Shown here: piece by piece, positions 13,740 through 27,900 of the stretch
How the letters are laid out: each line of letters opens with the position of its first letter
Numbering within the stretch: position 1 is the first letter of the stretch
From: Octopus vulgaris
Taxonomy: Eukaryota
Reading direction: 5' to 3'
Length of the DNA stretch: 64,000 nt
NCBI GenBank assembly: GCA_951406725.2
Contig: OX597815.1
Span: forward strand, 177,444,001-177,508,000
Notes under the pieces: model-generated
What the model saw: only the letters and a program-made list of their open reading frames with translations
Told to the model about the DNA's origin: nothing
Database searches by the model: none
Program-made: the position numbers and the translations under genes

Positions 13740-13902
13740 TTTCATATTTTGACACAAGGAAGAAGTGGTTAAATAGATTACAAAGACCCAGTACTCACTT
13801 ATTTTATCGACCTTGAACGGATGAAAGGCAAGGTCGACGTCGGCGATATTTGAACCCAGAACGCAAGGACGCGCGAAATATCGCTAAGCAATTTTGCCCG
13901 GC
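13740..13902 (-). mobile_element. degenerate SINE family A fragment
   Basis: TTTATCGACC..GAACGGATGAAAGGCAAGGTCGAC. Confidence 0.75.
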
Positions 13903-14224
13903 ATTTCATAGCACATCTAGATTGGTGATCCTCCCCACATTAACATGTTCGTGTTTATATGGCGCTTACGTTATTTTAAGGCCTCCAAGTAATACAGTGA
14001 AAATTTAAAAAACTACACAGAAAAATGCCTGGGATGAGACATTTTTGGTGGGCAAATGAATAATCAAGTGAAAATTTAAGAAATGGATGGGGGAGAATTA
14101 AAATTTTGAAATGCATTTTTTTTTGCAGATTCGGATTCTCCGCCCTCGATATAAAGTGTTCCTGTAAAAGAAAAAAACAAAAAAGTTCCATAGGGGTGGG
14201 TCCATGATCTTTACCTCTGCCCAG

Positions 14225-17030
14225 GCGATCAGCATCTACTTTTGGATGGTGCATGTTCTTACATTTTTCTTGTCTTCCTGTCCAGGCATTGGAGCTCTGT
14301 AAAATTCCATTTAATAATGTTAAAACTATATCGAACAACTGGAAGTGCCAGGCTTCGATGCGAGTTTTAGAGTTGAGTTCAGTATTGAGTATGAGTCTTA
14401 TTCTCCTGTAATTTTTTTTCCTATTTTTCCTTCATAGTAGCATGTTGTAAACCACCCCCCTTCGATTATCCCCAGGTATTTGTAATTTTCTTGTTAGTCA
14501 ATCTTTTTGATGGTAGCGTCGGTATCTAATTTAATGGAAGTTATTTGCCTAAGCATGCCTCTTACACATGTTGCTTTAGCACACTTTTCAGGTTCAAAGT
14601 CCATCCCGATGTCATTGCTGAACTCTTTAACAGTTGTTAGCAGCCCAACTAGCACTTTGTCATTTCTAGCAAGCAGCTTCAGGTCGTCCATATAAAAGAG
14701 ATGGTTTATGGTCGTATTGTAAACTTTGAATCCATACTTGGTGTTACACAGTTCGTTTGAGAGTGGGATCAGTGTCATATAAAAGAGTAATGAGGAGAGG
14801 GGGTCACCTTGAAAGATGCCTCGTTTGATGTTAATTTGGCTCATCCCATTACAGTGGTTTAGAAGGTGACGTGTGTTCTACTTGGTCATGCTGCCTTTTA
14901 AAAATTTGGAGATGTCAGGAGGGGGAAAGAGAGAGATCTTATATAGATGAAAGGCCTTGAGTATCCAATTACGTGGGACACTATGAAATGCTTTCCTCCG
15001 GTCTATGCATGCCATACTCAATTTTTTTTAATTTTTGCTCCGGCAAGCCGACTACAGTCGCTTTACTTATGAGTAATTGATCTTTGCACCCATAAGAATT
15101 CCTTTTACACCCTTTCTGAGCTTGTGGAAGAATAGATATCTGTTCAAAGAAAGCGTATATTCTGTCAGTTAACATGGATGTGAGAATCTTGTAGTTCTTT
15201 CGATTGTTTGTTTCTTCAGTTTTTCGTAGTTATCCAGGCCAGTATTTGCTTTGGATTCTGGATGACATCCGTCCGAGAGGCAGCTAAATGCTGGTGTACT
15301 TCTGTCAGACAATTTAGCCAGAAGTTAGGAATTCGGTCAAGTCCTGGAGACTTCCTAAGAACAAATCGCAGCTCTTCTATCCCTATTGCTTGCAATTTCC
15401 GCTCTTCAGCTTCACCTAGTCTCACTTTCTCACGTTCTAGCCAGTCAGCGTCAGCATTATAATCTTTTTTGTTGCTCCATATCTTCTTGCAGAACTCTTC
15501 CATTCCTTGACTCTTAGGTGGTTCCTTTACTTCTATCTTGTGTTTGCCAATTTTCCTGTAAAATTCTTTTGCATCCGTCCTGAATATCTTGTTTTGTCGA
15601 TAAAATTTTATTCTAATGTTAGACCTTCGTTGGGCTTTCAATTGTATTCGTTATTTCAATTGTTCCTTAGTTACAGGGAGGTATATAGAGTCTTTCATTT
15701 TATATTTTTGCTTGTTTTTTTCCATCTCGTTTCGTCTTAACATCTACTCCTCTAGCAAGTTCATCGAGTAATGACATATTCGCCCGCAGAGATTCAATAT
15801 ATTTTTGTATTGTTACTTTCCACTTAGGAGGTCTATTGACAAGGTTGTTGCTTTTATGTGTCGTCCTGATATCTATTTGTGCAGTTACGACTTTAACGGT
15901 GAAATAGATGAGATTATTTAAGGTTGTTAGGTTGTTAGGTCATTTCCCTTATTACTTAAGATCTGTTTAAGACCAATATCATATATCATGATTATGTTGG
16001 GTTTTTTTAAGCTGTTTGAGAACTTTGCCAGTTGTTCGTTATTAATTATATCAGTAAACTCATACTTGCTGAGTTCTCTGATGATATCTTCTTTTGCTTC
16101 TATGATCTTGTCTTCATTATTCACTCCAAATTCCGTTTCACACTTATTCTGATGTTTTTGAGGTAGGTTTCGTTTGTCCTCTTTTCCCGCTTATATGCTT
16201 TTCGCTATTCTTTTCCAGCTTCCTCCTTGGGATGTAATGCTCGTATACTAGGTTCTCTACATGTTACCTCTTTCATCTGTATTTTGGCTGTTTTCATTTG
16301 GTATACCATGAGATATTTGTATCCTAATTTGGCTAATTTCAGTGTCAGTCAAATTTTTATTCTTAATGATGTCTCAACATACATCACTTAGTTTATTTGC
16401 ATCTAAATATGTGTCTACTACATTGTCTAGTAAATTTCTCCATAAAATTTATTATTGTTTGAAATTAGTTGGGCTATATTAAAAGCTTTCAACTCTGTAG
16501 TCCATTTCATGCGTTTTGCTTTAGGTGTTTTTGGTGGTGTTAGCACATGCCTAACGTTAGAGTTATTCTGGATCTTGTTACCTAGTACATTGTTTATAGA
16601 GTTTGTTCCAGCAGCAGACTTTCCGAACTCAGTTTGGTTCCCAACTGAGTAACGCGGCCCTTGTTGACCCGGGCGATGACCGATCCGGCGTGAGTTTTGG
16701 CTTATCATTAAGGCATTGACAGTGACAATAGGAGACGGGTCTGTTTGTTCAGTGTTGGATTTCTGACTTGGCACCTTTTCCTTATTCTTCGAATGGATAT
16801 ATTTATCATATCGTAGGCTGATAGATCGAAAATTGCCTTTATTATTTGTTTTAGTAAAGATATCCATAAAGACACTATATCAGTCGATAGACTAAAAAAG
16901 ACCTTCATAGAGAAAACCATCCATGTTCCCACTGCAGACGTGCCACTCACAGCATTACAAACACGGCTTGTATACCCACCTTCATATTCCATGACTACTA
17001 TTGGGATCGATCAGTTACCAGGCAAGGATT
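14225..17030 (-). mobile_element. R4/Dong-like (RLE-type) non-LTR retrotransposon pseudogene, N-terminus + RT, 3' part missing
   Basis: KSPGLDRIPNFWL, QKGCKRNSYGCKDQLLI, GIFQGDPLSSLLF, HLFYMDDLKL, MHHPKVDADRL. Many stops and frameshifts. Confidence 0.88.
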
Positions 17031-17289
17031 CTGGATTATTTTCCCGTTTATTTTACTTAATTTTTGAGAGGTGTTGGGTTCATTTTTAGTATTCTCGTTT
17101 GTGAGAGCAGTCGAGTTTATTTCAAATATTCTCATTCTAAAAACCATCTCTGGCTAATCGTTCAGAGGACATTGGTGTTGCATTGGCGGAGGTTTGCATT
17201 CTCTTAGTGCTCTTGTTATAAATGATTTGATTTAGACTCGTTTTTATTCCTGGTAAAATTCATGCAGGTAGCATATTGCGACTTATAAC

Positions 17290-18230
17290 ACTAGACATCC
17301 ACAAGCTTTCTGTAGTCTTTCAAGTGGTTAATATCCTCCTGACATTTCTAGTCACTACAAGGCAGACTTTCTGTAGAAACTGTTCTGGATATTCTATTTT
17401 AACCCATATTTTTTCTCACAGTTCGCAATTCACCAATTATTATACGTACAAACTTTACAGTTCTTATACTCCAAATTCTTGTAATTTCAAATTTCAAGAA
17501 ATTGTCATTAAAAATTTTTTTTTCATTCTCGTTCTTTACAATCCCGGAGTCAAACAGTCATTCATAATGGATTAATTAGTAAGCAGATTCGCTTTTCCTT
17601 ATGTATTATTGTTATGTCCGGTCTATTATTTTCTGGCTATTTTTAATAGGAATGTTCCATAAAACGTTTGCCTTTCTCCAGAAGACTTTCAGCCCGTTCA
17701 ACATTCCACGTACCTCCAGATTCAAATACGAATTTCTGACAAGGTTTCCAGTGTAAAACGTTCACAACTTGATCAAATCTCCATTTCTTATATTCTCAAG
17801 ATTCTGCAGCAATTTGTGTCACTGTCTTTTTTCCAAATTCCACACACTCTACATTTTTCTAACTCCTTCTCCACATATACATATTTTCTTAATTTGTTTG
17901 CATCGTTTCATCTTGAACTGCTATAATAAGACTCTCAACTTTTTTGAATTGCCCTTTTTCAAAACCACGTCCAGAATTTTATTTCACATACATTCTCATT
18001 GGCTTTTCAAAATTGACCATACAAAGGTTTCACTTCAATCTGTTTAACGTATTCTCTTCGAATTTCATTCTTGCCCCTTTTTTGTCTTATTTCACAATTG
18101 ACCGCCTGTTCCTTATTCACTGTCTCTCTAGTAAAAAAAAAGTGGGGGTGAGAAAATCGACCCAGAAGTACCATCTTGTTCATTAAAATTTATAGTGGTT
18201 TTCTCAAGTGTTTTATCTTCTTCATGCTTC
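17290..18230 (-). mobile_element. R4-type RLE retrotransposon C-terminal remnant
   Basis: Read across frameshifts: KPLYGQF, SLIIAVQD, CRVCG, NRPDITII, LKFEITRIW, FLQKVCL (zinc knuckle + restriction-like endonuclease). Confidence 0.75.
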
Positions 18231-19904
18231 ACATATTCAACCTCCTGTATGTATAAATTGTTTTATTGCCTCCACATCTAATTCTTGACTGAATTACCCC
18301 CTACTCACGTGTTAACTAGAACGCATTATAGCCTTTATTCGAATCAAATATCATTGCGTTTGTGTTTTGGGTGTTTTTCATTATCTCAATGAATTAGCAT
18401 TTACATTAGCAACGCACACATTCGTCTTTGGCCAAGAATTTGTTAAATATATAATTAGAATGTTGAAGCATTACAACATCAGAATGTAAACATTAAACTG
18501 AAACATCTTGAAAAAGCCAGAAGACATAAACACATTATATTGTTTTAAGAAACAATATTTGTAATTTGATCGTCTGCAACTAGGAAATGCATCACTGTTA
18601 TGAAACGACCACTTTAGCCAATGATATACCTGTAACCCTTTCCCATAACTCTCAAACTGCACGAGATCCAGAGTTGGGGCCTTTTCTTCAGGTTTCACGG
18701 AAACCTCAACCCTGTACTCGCTTTCGTTGTTTCTTTTTTTATCTCTCTCTTCCTCCCCCCTCTCTCTCTCTCTAACTCTCCCCACTATTTTCCGTTCTCA
18801 TTTGAGCCTGCAGCATTGAAAGAATTATGACATGGATGATGATAAATATGCGAAGAAACACTGGAATAAAAACGAAGTGTAAAAGACGGGGTTGGGACCA
18901 GAACAAAATAACAATACGATAATAATAATTATCTCTAAAATCATGTTTATGATTCTGAGATTAATCCGACTGCTGCAGATATTTCTACTTGGTTAATAAT
19001 TCTTGTAATCTACCCATTTCACCGTGTATGAACATCATGTTTCGTTATTAAATGTTTGCACTGATCGCACGAATTCGACACATACATAAGCTGTACTACC
19101 GCAGACTTGTTATGTATACATCGACTGTGCCAAAGCAAACATTCCAGAATCATTTGGCTACCGTGTGACACTAACGTTACGACTTCACCAACCGGATGTA
19201 CACTTGTAAAGACGGGGAGTAAACTGGATAGCCAAGTTGACAGGTTGGATTTTTAGGTGAGCCGATATACTGTCTTACGGAGTTAAACTAATCTGTCATT
19301 TAGCTGTAAAATATATTTCCTTATCTTTTTCCTTCAATACACTTTATCCACTACAGCATTTTTTACAGCTCTGCAACTGCTGATAATGAAGCTAGGAATA
19401 TAGCATGTTGTGGAGCAACAGAAATATTGGACCATGTTTTAGATACACTTAGTGTGAAACCAATATTTACTGATTCTATCCACTCTAGAGTGATTTATAA
19501 AAATAATAAATGTAGCAACGAAAAGTAAAATTGCTGAAAACATAATAACCTGCATTTATATCATGGATATATTTATAATGAAGCATACCAACCCACACAG
19601 GAATATATTCACATACTTGCTTATGTATGTATGTATGTATGTACGCAAGCAACTATGCGTTTATGTACGTATATATGAGAGCGAAATACACATTTTTAGT
19701 AAATATAGAACTTTACTCTCGCCATAGACTATAAACAAATTAGCTGTGCCAATACTATAGCTTCCCCTGCACAGAAAACAACAAAAAAAAAGAACTAGAG
19801 AAATCAAAGTGAAAAGTTCGTAGCCTTGCTGGGTCATTAAAAGAGAAACCATATCCACTGATAAAATAATATATTTATTTATATTACAGGTTGTCTAAAA
19901 GACA

Positions 19905-20110
19905 GAGATGTGGCAGACTCGTTAGCAGGCTGGTGCAAGATACTTAGCGGCATTTCGTTTTTCGTTATGTTCTGAGTTCAAATTCCGCCGAGGTCGACTT
20001 TGCGTTCCATCCTTTCGTGGTCAATGAATTAAGTGCTCGTTAAACGTTGTGGTCGATGTGATCTTCTACAAAGTTAAGTTACCAACCTCGTGCCAAAGTT
20101 TGAAACCAAT
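19905..20110 (+). mobile_element. degenerate SINE family A
   Basis: GTTCTGAGTTCAAATTCCGCCGAGGTCGACTTTGCG.TCCATCCTTTCG. Confidence 0.8.
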
Positions 20111-20112
20111 AG

Positions 20113-20984
20113 TCTTTTCTACTCTAGGCACAAGGCCCGAAATTTTTTGGGGGGGAGGGGCGATTCGCTTAGATCGATACCAGTACGCAAGGGGTACTTA
20201 ATTTATCGACCCCGAAAGGGTGAAACGCAAAGTTGACCTCGGCGGAATTTGAACTCAGAACGTAAAGATAGACGATTTAACGCTTTGCATTTCGCCCGGC
20301 ATGCTAACGTTTCTTATCTCTTTATTGCACACAAGGGGGTAAACATAGAGAGGACAAAGAAGGACAGACGGAGGGATTAAGTCGAATACATCGACCCTAG
20401 TGCGTAAATGGTACTTAATTTATCGACCCCGAAGGGATGAAAGGTAAAGTCGACCTCGGCGGAATGTGAACTCAGAACGTAAAAACAGACGAAATACCTA
20501 TTTCTTTACTACCACAAGGGGCTAAACACAGAGGGGTCAAACAAGGACATACAAGCGGATTAAGTCCATTGCATGGACCCCAGTGCGTAACTGGTACTTA
20601 GTTAATCGACCCCGGACTGATGAAAGGCAAAATCGACCTCGGCGGAATTAGAGCTCAGAGCGTAGCGGCCGACGAGCTACCGCTATGCATTTCGCCCGGC
20701 GCGCTAACGTTTCTGTCAGTTCGCTGCTTTTCTATGATTAAATATATGTTAATTATTTCTTTACTGCCCACAAGGGGCTAAACACAGAGGGGACAAACAA
20801 GGACAGACAAACAGATTAAGTCGATTACATCGACACCAGAGCGTAACTGGTACTTAATTTATCGACCCCGGACGGATGAAAAGCAAAGTCGACCTCGGCG
20901 GAATTTGAACTCAGAACATAACGGCAGACGAAATACCACTATGCATTTCGCCCGGCTCGCTAACGTTTCTGCCAGCTCGCCGCC
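20113..20984 (-). mobile_element. tandem array of four SINE family A bodies
   Basis: Body motif TATCGACCCCG..GGATGAAAGGCAAAGTCGACCTCGGCGGAAT recurs near 20200, 20420, 20605 and 20860. Confidence 0.88.
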
Positions 20985-21239
20985 TTTCTCTGATTAAATA
21001 TATATTAATCCAAGGTTTCATCACACGTGAAGACATGCAAATAAGAGAGAGACCAGGCAAGACGGGAGGCTGTTTTGTATGTAGGCGTACAGGAAATAAA
21101 TAGGTTATAGGTGTGTTCATTTGAAACAGACGAACGAAAGTTCGAAAAGATTCTTTGCTATTTTGATAGATCCGATATATTGGCTTCTAAACACCAAGTC
21201 AATGATGTGCTGATATATCGCATGCGACATGGTTAGAGT

Positions 21240-21545
21240 ATAGTATAGAAAGAAAGAAAGAAAGAAGGAAAGGAAGGAAGCAGACTAACGCCGTTAGTAG
21301 GAGAGGTTAAAAAGGTAATGGAGGAAGATGAAGTACTGTAAGGGAATAAATCAAGGGGAAGGTCTTTCCATACTTTTTTACTTTTTCAATTTTTTTTCAC
21401 TTTTTCTCGCTCCTAAGTAATGTTAATTTCTTTTAAGTTCTCCTAATTTCGGTTTACAATATTTCATCCTCCTCCTTTATCCTCGTAACGTCTCCTACTG
21501 ACGGCGTCCTCCTGTCATCTTTCTTTCTTTCCTTCTATACTACTA
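21240..21545. repeat. imperfect inverted repeat / fold-back element (~100-bp arms)
   Basis: TAGTATAGAA..ACGCCGTTAGTAGGAGAGGTTA..GATGAAGTACTGTAA versus reverse complement of 21453-21543. Confidence 0.75.
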
Positions 21546-21590
21546 CAAACCGATGTTTTCAGACTTCCACTAATGCAATCCAAACGATAT

Positions 21591-21761
21591 GGCGCAGGAG
21601 TGGCTGTGTGGTAAGTAGCTTGCTAACCAACCACATGGTTCCGGGTTCAGTCCCACTGCGTGGCATCTTGGGCAAGTGTCTTCTGCTATAGCCCCGGGCC
21701 AACCAATGCCTTGTGAGTGGATTTGGTAGACGGAAACTGAAAGAAGCCTGTCGTATATATG

Positions 21762-21792
<31 letters not shown>

Positions 21793-21986
21793 ATGTTTGT
21801 GTGTCTGTGTTTGTCCCCCTAGCATTGCTTGATAACCGATGCTGGTGTGTTTACGTCCCCGTAACTTAGTGGTACTGGGCTTACAAAGAATAAATCCCGG
21901 GGTCGATTTGCTCGACTAAAGGTGGTGCTCCAGCATGGCCGCAGTCAAATGATTGAAACAAGTAAAAGAGTAAAAGAGTAAAGAGA
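21591..21986 (+). mobile_element. tRNA-derived SINE family B, full length
   Basis: Head GGCGCAGGAGTGGCTGTGTGGTAAG, B-box GGTTCAGTCCC, internal (TA)/(TG) tract, (GTAAAAGA)n tail. Near-identical to 35353 and 48000 copies. Confidence 0.92.
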
Positions 21987-23750
21987 TACTCTTCCAGTCA
22001 GCCATGTCCGAGGCTTTTTAATTTGTCTTCCCACTCTGGGGATTTTTTTCGGCATAAAAAACTTTTGCTAACATGAAATTTGTTCAGACAAAATTTGTAA
22101 TATTGTGTAAATAATATATATTCGAAAATGTATGTATGTATAATATAGATCGAAATTATGTAGGGAAATTAATTGTTCCTTCCATTCTCCTTGTTAATAA
22201 TTATGCAGTGATGATAATGTCTATGAGTGATGTAAGTAAGAATAAATTTATGCACGCTTATCATACACACATTTTAATGTATACTATTTGTATTCGGGTG
22301 GGGGTTATTAAATATATGGTTTGCGTCATGTGATGTTGCTGATTGGAGGTTTTGTAATATTCATTGTGATTTACGTAACAAGTGTTACATACGTATTATA
22401 TTGCACACTATGTGAAGCAGTATTGTTATAATTGTTTGGCTATATTGCTTGTTGATTCTGTGAACTGATTGTGTAGTCTCTTTGAGTACATGTGCGTGTG
22501 AGTGCGTGTGGTTGCGCATGCGCTTGTGCGTGCCTGTAGGTGTGTATGCGTAGATGACTGTACACATACGCATGGGATATAAGGAGATTTCTTTATTGCC
22601 ATCTATATTGAATCAGTTATCATTGTGTTAGTGCTTTGATCATCTGTCAGCTTCTGAATGAATTAGCAGTTACATTAGCAACACACATATTTCTCCTTGG
22701 TCAACAATTTGTAAGTGTTAAATATAACATGAGAATTTTGAAGTATTTCAATATGCGAGTGTAAACATTAACCTGAAACGTCCTGACAAAGCTACAAGAC
22801 ATAAAACATGCTATTGTTTTACGAGACAATATTTGCATTTTCATCTTATGCGATTAGGAAATGCATAAACTACAGAAACTATTACTTTAAATCAAACGAA
22901 AATCGATAATATTCAGAGAATAATATTTTATATTTATAATTATTTTTTCTCACCTTCACAATCATGATATTCGTTGTTGTCGCCATCATCTTTCTATACA
23001 TTGCCAACATAGCATATTGGCTGAATCAGTAAAGCAACTAACGAATGATTTTCATATTTATTCTGTTTTTCCGCGTCTTTCCGATATGGGTTCCAATCCC
23101 ACTTTGGCCAGTTTTGCGATTTCTCCTTATGAGTTTCATATAATGGTGAGAGTTACGTGCCAGAGTGGATGACATCGCCAGTTAAACACCTTCCAAATGT
23201 GCTTTATAAAGATTATCTCATTAAGATTACCAACTGTTTTCCACATTTCTGTGATTTCCGCTGCATTACAAGGAGATAATAGTGTCGCCGCATCTGTTTC
23301 AGCTTCTGGGGTTCTTTATTCTTTCTGTTGATACGTTAATGCTTCGTCTCTTTGGCTCAGTAGGATATGACATGTACTATGCGAAATAGGATACTTCATA
23401 GGACGGTAATTGTGATCTGAGTTGTTTTAATATATAATGGTGTTTATATTTTATATATACTATGTATGCTGTGTATACCGTTATATTAATGGAAGAAGCA
23501 TGTAACATATAGAAGCTGTGGGGTATGTCTTTGATGATGCTATATTATCGGCAGAAGATCTTGGAAACTATTTTCTTCCTTTATTAGCTGATTATCTGGC
23601 TCAGCGGGTACAGTGTGGGAGGGCTTTTGTATTGTGTAATGATTTTGTAGTGTGCATTACATGAGATTTGATATTTTGTGGGAAACATGTTTCGAAAATG
23701 TGACGTATGACTTGTAGTGAATTGTGTCACGTAGGTTATAAATTATACAT

Positions 23751-23819
<69 letters not shown>

Positions 23820-24324
23820 AATACTTAACATATAACATTACGATTTTATGGCTGTCAATTTCAGGTCATTCAAAACATTTTGAGATTTACATTTGTTAAT
23901 TTTCAATGAAAATACTGCAAATTACTGTAAGATTTGTAGCTCTTAAGTTGCTGCTCGTTCCCATATTTGTATGTTGAAGTTGCTGTATGAAGTTACTGAA
24001 AGGAAAGTGGAAAGCAAACCTATGGCCACGATAATAGTACAAGTGTAAACTTCGAATTTACGAAGGTTACTCATACTCTTATGACAAAAGGAATAACAAA
24101 ATGGAGTAAAGTATAACGGAAAGGCGTCGCTGTGAGGTGACACAGGAATATAAACACATTGGTCAACTGGAGTGTTTCTAATATTCAATTCTCTTTCCAG
24201 TTCTTCATATTTTCCCTGCTTAATCCATCAAATTGAATAGACTTAGATATCAAGAACACATATGTTCACGCATCCATATATTGATGCACTCTAGTACCGT
24301 TACCTACCTCTAGCCATCAGAGCA

Positions 24325-24790
<466 letters not shown>

Positions 24791-26539
24791 TAAATGTGTG
24801 TGTGTGCGTATGCATATATCCATGCATTTATAGGCAGGCAGTGTACAAACTAAAAGTGTTTTGTTGTCGGAAACTTACTTTTATTTTTAGCACTTGTCAA
24901 ATCTAATTTTCCCTGGAAGTGGTTTTATGATTTGAAGTACGTTATGAGTACATGCAGCGAAGCCTTTATTTCTATATTTGTATTACCGTGATACTTTGAT
25001 GTAAATTGTACTGCATAATAACAGCAACGCATATGTAAGAGACGAGAAACAACTCAATACAGGTGATAATATTGTAGCATTGTCACCTGCATATTTGCAT
25101 TAAATGAAATCTACTTCTACCATTAAAACATCGATTCCATGCATTTTAGGTTACACAAATGCACAAGATAAAAATACGTTTGGATGACAGAGTGCTCGTC
25201 TAATATTCTTAGATTCATATTCCCGTAAAAATTACGATTATATGACGAAACTCAGAGAAATGTCTGAATCAATCCTCCCGCATCGCATAATGTTCTATTA
25301 TGTTGTTGATAAATGGCTTACCGTTTGCTATCGCACTTTCTTTATGTTTAACTCCATTTTGTTATTCCCTTTTCGCGTGTCTGCATAAGTGCCTGTTTGA
25401 ACTTTTCTATGTATATGTATAAGATGCAATCTGTCTATTGAAAGATATTATGAACTACCTTTGTCACACCGAATGATAAAATTCCGATTGTAGCGATGAA
25501 TAAAGAAGAAAATATTTCAGAGTAAGAATACAAAGATTCTATCGAATGCAATGCAAAATTCGGCATGCTTTTCCTTTTTATTCACTTTCATTTTTCGTTC
25601 AAATCGAACACGTTGGTAGAGTAACCGCTCCTCAATACATTGTCTATCACATTCTTTCTTTTCTTTTCGACTGGTAGTTATGCCCTTTTAATTTATACAG
25701 CATCAGTATAGAATTCTTTTTCATCATTGCGGGTTTTTTTAATATAATGACAGTCCATGATCCTGGGAAACCTTTCTATCATATATTAGAGAGTGTTCGT
25801 TGATGTCAACTCGACATGCCACACCTATTACAATAAATAACTTTTCCTTGTCGCCGATTACAATGTGAATCCTTTGTGTCCTATACTTTCGTTTTCTACA
25901 GGAAAGGCCTACAGCAACCTTATTTCAAAGCTATCCAGTATTTCTGTTTCTATCAGCTGAAAAGGATTTTTCTGTACATGTGATAACAAAATTCCCGCGA
26001 ATTCTTGCAGCAATCTTATCATGCCAACACATATCTCGCATTCTATCGGAGTATTCTTAGTCAGCTCAGAAACCAACTGCAAGCATTCCGGTAGAATATA
26101 AATCATAATGTTTATCTCAACCATGGTATACTCTGCATTTGAGTAAGCGGTCATCTTCATATAGCGTGCGCTTGATCCAATTTACCATTACAGTCCGTTC
26201 TTGTGCAACCATAGCCGTTTTCGTCTTCAATATGCATTCTTCTCACCACGCCTGACTTCCGTTTTCATCATTCATCTTTTGCTGCTGAAAATGTTTGAGT
26301 GAATCTTCTTTCTTTTAAACTTGCATTCATTTTTCCCATTTTTGGATTCTGCACATTCTATAAATGGTCATGTAATTGTTTCTGTAAGGTGAGAACGAAG
26401 TAGAGAATTGGTTAAGCGGAAATTGTTGGAGAATAAACGTTAACAACTTACGGTAGTTATCCATGAAAAGGTTACTACATTCGAGCCAATAACGTCTGCT
26501 AATTAAATAGTGATAGAAAAGTACAGTGTAAGTGGAGCA

Positions 26540-27900
26540 CTGATTAGGAACGTTGAAGAAGCAATGGGTAAAGCATTGCTGGTGGTTTGTTGAGGGCGAG
26601 ATTAGACCTGAACAAGTTAGGACGCGTACTCAAAGACATGCAAGAACGAAAACTATTTGTTGGACTCGGGTATACGGAACACAACGTGTCGACAGTGCAC
26701 AATTCGGTTTTTGACAGATCAGAATGGGAGAGTGTTATTCGATTCCAAGCAATTATTTTGCATATTTCCAGTAGCACTTCCCTCTGCTCCGGGTCTGAGA
26801 TAAGTGTTCACTTTACTGCTTAGTTTGACAGCCTGTTGCGGTCCTCAGCTAGAGACGAACACTTGAAGGGAAGGCTGATAACGGCTGACGAAACCAGAGA
26901 AGCAATGGTCATCTGAGAAGTCGCTTTGATTGGTGAGTCTACTCCACGAGATGTATCTTCATGTGCAAGGACATGTGTTGGATATGGCAGGTGTCTACTG
27001 TAACTGGAAGTCAAACGAGAGAGTTCCCAGAACTGGGAAATGAGGTGGACCACTGTTGTTGAGAAAGGATTCCAATATGGGGATTATTTTTAAAAGTTCA
27101 GGCCCGTAACTCTGCTAAATGCTGAGTTGAAGAACTTGGCCATATTATCAGGTAAGCCGGTGGCGTTTGTTGTCAATATTGTGGTAGGCCACACACTGAG
27201 ATGCGTCATCCCAATCAGTTTTATGTACGAGAGCTTTCGCCTCACGCAATACAAATAGACATACTTAGCGGTGGTGACGTCTGATCAGTACAAATCAGTA
27301 GAAAGTTTTCTATGGCGTTGATTATGAATACCTGGTGGTTGTTCTTACTGCGGTTGGTTTCCATCCTGTTTTATGTGATCGCTGCCATGTACGACGACAT
27401 CTGCTGAATGGTCAAAGTAAATACGCATCTATCGGAACCGTCCAGTTTCAGACTTTCGGCCTGTAACTTTGTCTCTCTCACAGCCACATTATATGATGGT
27501 GTCCGAGCTAGTAATGCTGAAGTGTTGGAGATCGATGGCATACCTGATCAACTAGAATGTAAGAGAAGTTGGCAGCATTTGCGGACGACGTCAGCCTAAT
27601 GGCGTCGGGTACCACAGACATCAACGTGCTTGGCATTGTTCGGACTCTTATGAATCGGTGAGATGAGCAACAATTACACATCAAACGTCGATGATTCTCC
27701 AGCTCGGGTGCTGGAGATGCACATCCATGCTATCCGACTGCACTGTTTCGGGGTGCTACTCGAACGAAACATTTGAATTGTTCAGAAGTTTAAGTGGGGA
27801 AGTAGTGGAATGAGGTGACGAGCAGGACAAGTTTTATAATTAATTGTATGATATACATGATCGGGGTAACGGTGAGGGCAAATGTGGGATGACGTAGGAT
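26540..27900 (+). mobile_element. old degenerate Tx1/L1-like RT remnant
   Basis: FRPVTLLNAELK, VDYEYLVVVLTAVGF, MVKVNTHLSEP, AFADDVS. Collinear with the 5198-7166 family. Confidence 0.75.

Noticed and set aside
18471-18785. 104-aa ORF with a downstream donor-like site
   Set aside because: The N-terminus is a (GA)n tract and the nearest acceptor gives stops in all frames.
20113-20984. CRISPR-like repeated array
   Set aside because: Units are ~180-260-bp SINE bodies without unique spacers, in eukaryotic DNA with no cas genes.
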